From positions 1 through 64,000 of the IMG/VR virus record IMGVR_UViG_3300042731_006881: DNA of 64,000 bases. One strand, given 5' to 3'. Below the pieces are notes generated by a model. The model was not told the DNA's origin. It made no database searches and was given only the letters and a program-made list of their open reading frames with translations. Of the stretch, positions 56,593 to 63,504 are shown in pieces. Every line of letters starts with the position of its first letter. The first letter of the stretch is position 1. Source of the stretch: a virus. A program made the position numbers and the translations under genes.

Positions 56593-57893
56593 GCCGCAAC
56601 CATCGCTTTCTCGCCAAAATTCGCTCTAACCAACGATTCAGCCACCTCAGGACACACGCTATTTCCAATGAGACGAATCTGGTTCGTCTTCGTTCGCGCC
56701 AAGCTCAAATCGTATCCTGAAGCGAATCGCCCGAACTGAGCCGCCAGGAGCTCGTGCGGCTGGAGCATTCGGAGGCCGACGTCGATGATCTGGTAGTCCA
56801 CGCCAGCAACCGTCACGATACCGAAACGATTCCGCGCGGTGATGGTGAGTTGCTTCCCCCCATAGTTCGCGAGAAACGCGCGGACCTCAGCCACGTGCAC
56901 ACCTCCAGCGGAGATGGTTGGAAGAGGAGCATTGATGGGGGCGCTTCCTGGCTGGCTTGGGTGGGTCCCTCGGAACTTGGCGAGGCAGACTGCGGCCAGG
57001 CTGTTGTGGTCCCACGCGGTTACTGTCGGCAGTGGGGAGCGCGCGTCGCTCCCCACGACGGGCCGTGACCCACCGTAGAAGCGCGAGATAAACGCGCTAA
57101 CGATGGCGCGCTTCTGGCCTGGGTAGACATCCTGCCCGCGAGTGTTGCGAACGATGAACGGCTCTGCAGCGTCGAACATGTATCTTTGAATCCCATGGGC
57201 GATCCGCCAAAGCGTCTTCTCCGCCAGTGGTCGCTTGCGCTCGAAGATGCTCGGGCATGGCATGGACCAGTCAACGCACTCCGCCGCCGTTCTGAGTGGG
57301 GCAAGCCCTGGACCGTGCGTGGGGGCTGGCCACTCGATCGCCTGACCATCATGACGAGCCACGATGAACAGCCGACGACGCTTCGTCGGCGCCCCATACT
57401 CCGAAGCGTCAAGCACGCGCCAGTCCACCGCGTAGCCGAGCTTCCTCAGATCGCGCACCCACCGGATGAAGGTCTGCCCCCTACGGTCCTTGCTCGGTCG
57501 CCCGTCGGGCCCGAGTGGCCCCCAGTCCTCGAACTCTGGAACGTTCTCGACACAAATCACCCGGGGTCTGGTCTCCCGCGCCCAGCAGACTACTACCCAC
57601 GCCAGCGACCGAATCCCCTTCGAGCGTGGCTTGCCACCCTTTGCTCGAGAATGGTGGGTGCAGTCAGGTGATGCCCAAAGGAGCTCAACTGGAGCTCCAC
57701 CAGTGGCATCTCGTGGTCTGACATCCCAGATATTCGCTTCTAGGTGACACGTGCTGGGGTGGTTGTGTCGGTGGACTGCGAGAGCCACTGGGTCGTGGTT
57801 GATGGCGATGTTAACAGGACGGCGGAGAGCTGCCTCGATCCCGACCGAAGCGCCCCCACCGCCGGCGAATAGGTCAACGACAATGCCGCTCAC
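56589..57893 (-). CDS. C5-cytosine DNA methyltransferase
   Basis: DLFAGGGG, WASPDCTHHS, ENVPEF, YGAPTKRRRLF, IGNSV; start re-called at GTG 57893. Confidence 0.93.
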   Translation of the reverse strand: MSGIVVDLFAGGGGASVGIEAALRRPVNIAINHDPVALAVHRHNHPSTCHLEANIWDVRPRDATGGAPVELLWASPDCTHHSRAKGGKPRSKGIRSLAWVVVCWARETRPRVICVENVPEFEDWGPLGPDGRPSKDRRGQTFIRWVRDLRKLGYAVDWRVLDASEYGAPTKRRRLFIVARHDGQAIEWPAPTHGPGLAPLRTAAECVDWSMPCPSIFERKRPLAEKTLWRIAHGIQRYMFDAAEPFIVRNTRGQDVYPGQKRAIVSAFISRFYGGSRPVVGSDARSPLPTVTAWDHNSLAAVCLAKFRGTHPSQPGSAPINAPLPTISAGGVHVAEVRAFLANYGGKQLTITARNRFGIVTVAGVDYQIIDVGLRMLQPHELLAAQFGRFASGYDLSLARTKTNQIRLIGNSVCPEVAESLVRANFGEKAMVAA

Positions 57894-58243
57894 TGAATAT
57901 CCTGTGCTAATCGACGACGAGCTCGATTGCGAGCCGAACTCGAGAATGGGAGGACTTTCAAGACCCGCGCTGACTCCACCTCGAAGGAGAGACCATCGAC
58001 TAGGCAGTCCGGATCGGACGTAATTTCTCCACACGGCTCAACTAGATAGATTTGTCCGTTCGGCCACGCGCTTGCGAACATGCGAGCGGCAACCATGGAG
58101 GTTGTTACGTAGACTCGATCTCGGCGTGAGATTCCTTCCGCCTGCTCGCATATGTCTGCGCAGCTCGTCGCACCTGTAACGCTCGGAGGTAGCAACATGT
58201 CTCCTTGTTTCCTCCCAGCAGCTCCACCATGGTAGTAGTCCAT
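57890..58243 (-). CDS. Arr-family (rifampin ADP-ribosyltransferase-like) ADP-ribosyltransferase
   Basis: YYHGG...GD.L.P, RVYVTT, IYLVEP.G...DPD. Confidence 0.7.
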   Translation of the reverse strand: MDYYHGGAAGRKQGDMLLPPSVTGATSCADICEQAEGISRRDRVYVTTSMVAARMFASAWPNGQIYLVEPCGEITSDPDCLVDGLSFEVESARVLKVLPFSSSARNRARRRLAQDIQ

Positions 58244-58245
58244 CG

Positions 58246-58719
58246 CTATCTCAATCTCCGGTTGGCTTCATGCAGCTCACTCTCTAGCTCAGCGATGCGA
58301 TCACGAAGTCTCTTTAGTTTACGGTTGCGTTTGCGTTTGCGGACAGCGATCTTTTCCATCGCTTCCCTCTCTACCTTCTTGAACACGATGATGGCCTTGT
58401 GGAGCCTTTCCGCGTCGTCGTGCTGACCCAGAGTGCGCAGAAACCACTCGTTTGCTTCCAGTGTCTTGATGTCGAGCGGGTTGCATGGCTGCCTAGATAC
58501 GTACTGCCAGAGTAGTGCCCCCCACGGGTTCTGCTGGTCCCACTTGTAGCAACCGTACACTGCTGGACCTGACAGCCACACCCAGGATCCAGGGTTCGGT
58601 TTGCGTGCGGATATCTTGATCCAATCTTCGTCGAAGATCACAGGATAATAACTCTCTGATAGGCGCCATTCATCAGCTTGACGCGGGGGACGTACCCTGC
58701 TCGCTCGTAAGCTACGCAC
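58246..58719 (-). CDS. hypothetical protein with coiled-coil tail
   Basis: ORF in early operon; start uncertain. Confidence 0.5.
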   Translation of the reverse strand: MRSLRASRVRPPRQADEWRLSESYYPVIFDEDWIKISARKPNPGSWVWLSGPAVYGCYKWDQQNPWGALLWQYVSRQPCNPLDIKTLEANEWFLRTLGQHDDAERLHKAIIVFKKVEREAMEKIAVRKRKRNRKLKRLRDRIAELESELHEANRRLR

Positions 58720-59063
58720 ACTTCCTCTGCGTATTCTCTCGCCAGGAACGTGGGTTTGTCATTGTCGTTGAGCAAAGTTGCGGAGTGCGTGCATCCGCGT
58801 GATTTGTAGAATGTCATCACGATCCACCCCTGCGTGGACACCACAATTTCAGGAATGTGAACCACCGCAATCGAACCCGCGCTCTCATCATCGCGATTGT
58901 GAAAACAGCGGTTGAATCCTCCAAATTCAGCGATGTCGCGAAGCTCTAGCAGCGTCTCGCAGGCGTAGTTGTCATCGCGAAAGCGACCGTCAACACCCCA
59001 AGCGCAACGACGGTCGTTCACCAACGGAGCGTGCATGCATCGCAGGCACGGTCCGCGCATCAT
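58638..59063 (-). CDS. hypothetical Cys-containing protein
   Basis: CLRC..CAW..F..DNY.C.TL; ATGA overlap. Confidence 0.6.
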   Translation of the reverse strand: MMRGPCLRCMHAPLVNDRRCAWGVDGRFRDDNYACETLLELRDIAEFGGFNRCFHNRDDESAGSIAVVHIPEIVVSTQGWIVMTFYKSRGCTHSATLLNDNDKPTFLAREYAEEVCVAYERAGYVPRVKLMNGAYQRVIIL

Positions 59064-59719
59064 GACGAAACCTCAAACTCCACTCGCCACACCCATGGAT
59101 TGGATGCCCACATCAGTGAATGGCGGTCGTCATAGATGGTATCCCACGTCACCACGAATGACAGGACGTGGGGGTCTGATCCGTTCGTGCGGTGTAGCTC
59201 GTCTCCGAATATCCGCTGGTCTTTGCCGATCATATCGAGAGGTGTAACTCCCTCTCGTTGCGCGTCATCATCGGTGATGTCCTGGAGGTGCTCGACACGA
59301 ACATCAGTCACACGCAGCGTGATTCTAGACGCCCATCGCGGCATGTGGATGGATGGTCTCCACGTGATGTGCGGTGGCGGGTCGTTGGCGTTTGCGATCG
59401 GCCCATGTACGTGCTGACGGTTTGACGGAACGAACGCCATATCTGCTGCAAATAGCGTCCCCCAGCACCCGTGCGAGAAAGCGCTAGCCCACTTCTCTCG
59501 TACCCATAGACGATCGCCTGTCTTGCCACATGGCGACCAGTCCAGCAGCTTTTCGCTCGACACATCGTTCCACCGCATGCGCCGATCGCGGAAAGTCCAA
59601 TCGTAGCCCCTGGTAGTGCTCGGCCCGAACTCGCGCAGTTTGACCGGGCGGCGCGTGACGGTCTTCCTCCCGTCGAGGATTGCACGAACCAGTGGTCCAG
59701 AGAAGAGGATTGGCTTCAT
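59060..59719 (-). CDS. ASCH/PUA-like phage protein
   Basis: PILFS..VRAILDGRKT.TRR, GDRLWVRE, WRPSIHMPRWASRI, NPWVW.VEF. Confidence 0.85.
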   Translation of the reverse strand: MKPILFSGPLVRAILDGRKTVTRRPVKLREFGPSTTRGYDWTFRDRRMRWNDVSSEKLLDWSPCGKTGDRLWVREKWASAFSHGCWGTLFAADMAFVPSNRQHVHGPIANANDPPPHITWRPSIHMPRWASRITLRVTDVRVEHLQDITDDDAQREGVTPLDMIGKDQRIFGDELHRTNGSDPHVLSFVVTWDTIYDDRHSLMWASNPWVWRVEFEVSS

Positions 59720-59733
59720 GAGAAAACTCCGTG

Positions 59734-60021
59734 TCACTGCGCACCTACAGGTGGCTCCAAAACCAACAGTCTGCGTCGGTGGATCTTGCACTGCCTATCG
59801 ATCTCCTCGCCGTACCAGCAGAGCCACTCGCCACAACGCCACATTTTTCCTGAGTAGACACCTGATGGGCATGACCACTCGTAGTTGGCTAGTCCGGAAA
59901 ACTCCTCCCTGGTGATGATGGCGATACGGTCAGTGATGACAATGTCCTCGCTACTGGGTTGGGTCCAGTGGCGAGCAAGCGGGCTCGTCATGGGCGGGAT
60001 GCGGTTGGTGACGGAGATCAT
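59734..60021 (-). CDS. hypothetical protein
   Basis: W.QP..L..Y..S.PSGVY.GKMWR pattern; coupled to Cro-like gene. Confidence 0.6.
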   Translation of the reverse strand: MISVTNRIPPMTSPLARHWTQPSSEDIVITDRIAIITREEFSGLANYEWSCPSGVYSGKMWRCGEWLCWYGEEIDRQCKIHRRRLLVLEPPVGAQ

Positions 60022-60272
60022 CAGAAACCCCTATTCACCTCGCTGAAAACCTCCGTGAACTCATCCGGTGTCAGCCACGATGACTGTGGCACCCTCCCCT
60101 GACTCCACCGCTCGATGCGAACCCTGTTCACGTATTCGGGCCGAGCTTGACCACAAACCCAAGCCAGGAGGCTTGGTGCGCTCACTCCAATCTCCCTGGA
60201 GACTTGGGCTTTATTCCCGCCACGAGACTCTATTTCCCGCAGCAGCATGGTGCGTGCCGGTACGTCGTGCAT
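60021..60272 (-). CDS. Cro-like HTH regulator
   Basis: KAQVSREIGVS...L.AWV.G..RP...IE..S.G.VP..SW; first gene of leftward operon. Confidence 0.8.
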   Translation of the reverse strand: MHDVPARTMLLREIESRGGNKAQVSREIGVSAPSLLAWVCGQARPEYVNRVRIERWSQGRVPQSSWLTPDEFTEVFSEVNRGF

Positions 60273-60280
60273 TTTAGGAG

Positions 60281-60353
60281 GAGCTAACGCCGCCAGATTA
60301 TTTTGTCAACAACAGGCTTTTTCCTTGCGCCATGGATTAGCCGTGGCTAACAT
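60281..60353. promoter_or_regulatory. divergent promoters with palindromic operator
   Basis: Minus: TTGACA-N17-TAGCTC (weak -10). Plus: TTGCGC-N17-TAACAT overlapped by TTAGCC-GT-GGCTAA (60337..60350). Confidence 0.65.
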
Positions 60354-60360
60354 GTGTCCT

Positions 60361-60582
60361 GTGACGGGGACGATACTGACAAGCGCCACATCCGAAGTTG
60401 CAGGCACACACCTGCAACGAGTTCGCAAATCAGTTCGCTCATTTGAGCGCACTCGGGAGCGTAAGTGGCTTGAGATTGCGAAAGCAGAACTAGCCATTCT
60501 ACATCAGATGGCGGCGCGTTCCCCCCAGCTCTACGGGGACGTATTCGGAGAGGCTAGGCGCCTAGTTGAGGAGTGGTCGTGA
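60361..60582 (+). CDS. hypothetical protein (probably leaderless)
   Basis: GTG 7 nt after the -10 element; in frame with ORF 60247..60582. Confidence 0.5.
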   Translation: MTGTILTSATSEVAGTHLQRVRKSVRSFERTRERKWLEIAKAELAILHQMAARSPQLYGDVFGEARRLVEEWS

Positions 60583-60584
60583 GC

Positions 60585-61139
60585 ATGTCTGCTGTCCTCG
60601 ACCAGGCAGACGCCATCTGCCAGGAAAAGCGGGACCTGGCTGAATGGCGCTCGGCTACGATCCACCATGCGTTTGGGTGGATCCACTGCGAGGGTGGGTA
60701 CGAGGCAATCGAGTATCGCCACCAGCCGGACAACACAACCGTGTCCCGATCGTTGGGGCGACTCATCTACAAGGATCGCGAGCATGGAGTATGCATGCAC
60801 TGCGGTCGAGAATTCGAGCTGTACCACACGCCCGGTTCGGCCTGGAGCTTCGGCGAGTACGTCCCTGAGGGACCGTGCTGCTGCTCGCCGGAGTGCGAGC
60901 TGGAGATCGATATCGAGTGCGGGATCACCTGCACTAGTTGTGGAGTGGAGCGAGCCACACGCAAGGATTCGGACGGGAACGCAGAGTGCACCGTTTGTGC
61001 TTCGCGTGCCCTTCGTGCCTGCGTAGAGGCAGAGCTCCGACACCTGCGGGACCTATCCGCAGGATACCGGGACACCATCCCGGCACCTATCCCGGTTGAC
61101 GGCTGTCTGGATACGCCGGCCGCCGACCGGAGCATTTAG
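60585..61139 (+). CDS. Cys-rich Zn-finger protein
   Basis: GAGGAG upstream; CMHC, CSPEC, CTSC, CTVC. Confidence 0.65.
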   Translation: MSAVLDQADAICQEKRDLAEWRSATIHHAFGWIHCEGGYEAIEYRHQPDNTTVSRSLGRLIYKDREHGVCMHCGREFELYHTPGSAWSFGEYVPEGPCCCSPECELEIDIECGITCTSCGVERATRKDSDGNAECTVCASRALRACVEAELRHLRDLSAGYRDTIPAPIPVDGCLDTPAADRSI

Positions 61140-61165
61140 CCGCAAACAAGCGGCGGGAGGAACAA

Positions 61166-61522
61166 ATGAAAAATTGCATCGCCCAGGAAGTTGTGTTTCT
61201 AACCCGTGGCCACGTGGTAGCGAAGCTGCCGCCGGCTAAGAATCCTGCCATGGCCGTGGCCAAGCCATCAACCACCGACTTCGACTCCGTGATGGGAGTC
61301 CCCATTGAGGTGTCGGACCGCGCTCCAACCGAGCGCATTGACAATCTACCAGATGAAGGGGATATCCTAGTGGCTCTCGCAGTCGTGTCGGCGATGCGAG
61401 AGCTTGGAACTCGACACCATGGGAGAGTGTTCTCGCCGAAGCCTCTAGTCTTCGATGAGAACAGAAAACCAATCGGCACGCCTGGCCTCATCAGGCATCG
61501 AGACGTCGAAGAGACTGACTGA
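61166..61522 (+). CDS. ORF overlapping structured RNA region
   Basis: Strong GGGAGG RBS, but the body is full of hairpins and repeats, so coding status is doubtful. Confidence 0.35.
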   Translation: MKNCIAQEVVFLTRGHVVAKLPPAKNPAMAVAKPSTTDFDSVMGVPIEVSDRAPTERIDNLPDEGDILVALAVVSAMRELGTRHHGRVFSPKPLVFDENRKPIGTPGLIRHRDVEETD

Positions 61523-61596
61523 AACGAAGCGGCGCAGTACCCGTCCCCTCGAACTGTGTCGCGACCCGTCTACAGGCCATCTGTAGCGGGTCAAAT

Positions 61597-61654
61597 GCCT
61601 TATCTCTGGGAGCAGGATTGGTCCTACCTGGTCGGTTCGATTCCGACGTAAGGC
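61597..61654 (+). ncRNA. anticodon-less tRNA-like RNA 2
   Basis: GCCTTAT/GTAAGGC stem; CTC-TGG-GAG; CAGG/CCTG arm; T-arm GTCGG-TTCGATT-CCGAC. Confidence 0.65.
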
Positions 61655-61781
61655 CTAGGAGGTGTTGGTGAATGCCTAGCGCATACCCCGAAAACCAATG
61701 AGGAATTGTACGTTGCAGACCCTCCACGAGTGGATGGTTTTAACCCACAAACCGCTCGGTACGCCTGGCCTCATCAGGCAT

Positions 61782-61815
61782 CGGTCCGTCGCAGCGAGCT
61801 CGCTGCGACGGACCG
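61782..61815. repeat. perfect 34-bp palindrome
   Basis: CGGTCCGTCGCAGCGAG|CTCGCTGCGACGGACCG. Confidence 0.9.
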
Positions 61816-61962
61816 CGGTCGAGTGTATCGACCACCTACAGCCCTTGGAAGAGCGGCTCGCAGCCATCGTTGCGCCAGCAGTCGTGTCGGCGATGCGAGA
61901 GCTACGCCGTGCTCACAGGTGACGGCCTGCTTCGACGCGATTGCCACGCACAGGAGGTGTTG

Positions 61963-62163
61963 GTGAAGCTGATTGTAGAAACAACAGAAGACGAGTACGG
62001 TACAGCGTGGTTCACCGCAACGGTGAACGGAAAGAGCTGGATAAGCGTTGACCTGAACTTCGCGCTGAGTGTTCCTGACCTAATGCGAGAAGCATACGAG
62101 GCTGGGAAGCGCGGAGAGCCGTTTGATATCGAGAAACGAAATGACCCAGAAAGGGTCGATTAG
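61963..62163 (+). CDS. small acidic protein (66 aa)
   Basis: AGGAGG RBS then GTG; MKLIVETTEDEYG..AYEAGKRGE. Confidence 0.7.
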   Translation: MKLIVETTEDEYGTAWFTATVNGKSWISVDLNFALSVPDLMREAYEAGKRGEPFDIEKRNDPERVD

Positions 62164-62166
62164 AAT

Positions 62167-62218
62167 TCCTAACAGCTGGTAGCTGATGGTCCGTTGCGGT
62201 TCGATTCCGCGGTTAGGA
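62167..62218 (+). ncRNA. anticodon-less tRNA-like RNA 3
   Basis: TCCTAAC/GTTAGGA stem; AGC-TGGTA-GCT D-like arm; T-arm TGCGG-TTCGATT-CCGCG; begins 3 nt after a stop codon. Confidence 0.65.
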
Positions 62219-62282
62219 TCAGGGCGAGAGCAGCCGAACCGCGGGACAGCCCTTGGCGCCAACGAGGGACCCTCAACGACAG

Positions 62283-62324
62283 CGGTGGACATCCGGGAAA
62301 GACCGGTGGACAGCCGGGAAAGAC
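62283..62324 (+). repeat. 21-bp tandem repeat x2 forming GAAA-loop hairpins
   Basis: CGGTGGACA(T/G)CCGGGAAAGAC twice; each gives CCGG-GAAAGA-CCGG. Confidence 0.8.
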
Positions 62325-62446
62325 CGGCATTCAAGCTAACGCAATCTGGCTGGCTGACAACGCCACATGTCAATCACTCTCCATAACAACACTGCGTTGT
62401 CAGCCATCTAGAGTGCGTTAGCACCTAATAGGAGGAAGCAAAATAT

Positions 62447-62528
62447 CTACAGCTCTCTAGCGGGCTGACGTCGTGGTTTCGTCCCCCTCCCAACCCCATC
62501 ACGACGTCGGTCCACTAGAGCGCTGTAG
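62447..62528 (+). ncRNA. long intergenic hairpin with C-rich loop
   Basis: CTACAGC.CTCTAG.GGGCTGACGTCGTGG pairs with TCACGACGTCGGTCC.CTAGAG.GCTGTAG including G-U pairs. Confidence 0.6.
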
Positions 62529-62542
62529 CCTGAAAGGATCTG

Positions 62543-63058
62543 ATGATAGTAGCTTTCGACGTGGAGACAAATGGTCTCTTTGGGCAGCCGTTCGCAGTCG
62601 GCGGCGTTGTCTTGGACGAACGAGGGGATACTTTCAGCATATTCAGGTCGCGCTGCCCGATTGTCGGGAACGTTGACCAATGGGTTGGCGCTAACGTTAT
62701 CCCAAAGCTCGAAATGCATGTTTCAGCCACTTCATTGTCCGAAATGCAGGACGCATTTTGGGAGTGGTGGCTGGAGTATAGAAATGATGCAGACGGACGT
62801 ATAGTTGTGGACGTAGGATACCCTGTTGAGACCGGGTTCCTAAGGGCATGTCAGGAAGCGGACCCATCGCGCGAGTGGGAGGGACCGTATCCTCTAATCG
62901 ATCTTGCTGGAGTACTTTTGGCGAGCGGAATAGACCCTCAAATACAGAGGGTACAGCTCATGGAGCGTCTGGATCTGCAGGGTCGATCCTTCAACCAGCA
63001 CAACCCCGTTGATGATGCTATGATAGCAGCGCTTGCCGTATGGAGACTGACGCCATGA
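62543..63058 (+). CDS. DEDDh 3'-5' exonuclease
   Basis: AFDVETNG, W...NV.P.L, HNPVDDA. Confidence 0.85.
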   Translation: MIVAFDVETNGLFGQPFAVGGVVLDERGDTFSIFRSRCPIVGNVDQWVGANVIPKLEMHVSATSLSEMQDAFWEWWLEYRNDADGRIVVDVGYPVETGFLRACQEADPSREWEGPYPLIDLAGVLLASGIDPQIQRVQLMERLDLQGRSFNQHNPVDDAMIAALAVWRLTP

Positions 63059-63504
63059 GCAGCGGAGATGCGCATTTTCCAGGAATTCGCGACGCGATGC
63101 GGGATCTACAGCAGGCGCGAGAAGACTGCCATCGCACCATGGCACGCAGCAGCAAGTCCAGCTCGTCGATCCAAGCGCAGCGGGAACATCTGGCATCTCG
63201 GCTCAGTGATGAACTGAGTTCGATGGACCTCGGAAGCCTAGTCACTCGTGACCGTGTAGTGCGGCACGTTCAGAGTCTGGAGAGAGCTCTAGAGGTAGAA
63301 GAGGCTCGCTCCAGAGGTCTCGAAAGCGACGTTGCTTTCCGCGACCAAGCAATCGCAGATCTGCGTCAACAGATCGCGAATCTCGAGATGCGTGTTGACG
63401 CTGAGCGCCGCACATCGGAGGGGCTACTGGAGTCCCTCAACCGAGACGGAGTGCGGCAGGCGCACTCTGAGGCGATCCGTCGAGATCTGGAGGAGAGGGG
63501 ATAG
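63055..63504 (+). CDS. coiled-coil protein
   Basis: ATGA overlap; heptad-rich. Confidence 0.6.
   Translation: MSSGDAHFPGIRDAMRDLQQAREDCHRTMARSSKSSSSIQAQREHLASRLSDELSSMDLGSLVTRDRVVRHVQSLERALEVEEARSRGLESDVAFRDQAIADLRQQIANLEMRVDAERRTSEGLLESLNRDGVRQAHSEAIRRDLEERG

Noticed and set aside
53380-57893. Restriction-modification system (VRR-NUC plus MTases)
   Set aside because: Stand-alone phage VRR-NUC proteins are typically junction-resolving nucleases, and this one is separated from the MTases by the DUF2303 pair.
61478-61783. Hammerhead ribozymes on the minus strand (CTGATGA in repeat B)
   Set aside because: The GAAA required after stem II is absent in both copies.
61379-62324. CRISPR mini-array
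   Set aside because: Each repeat occurs only twice, in irregular order and spacing, and no cas genes are present.
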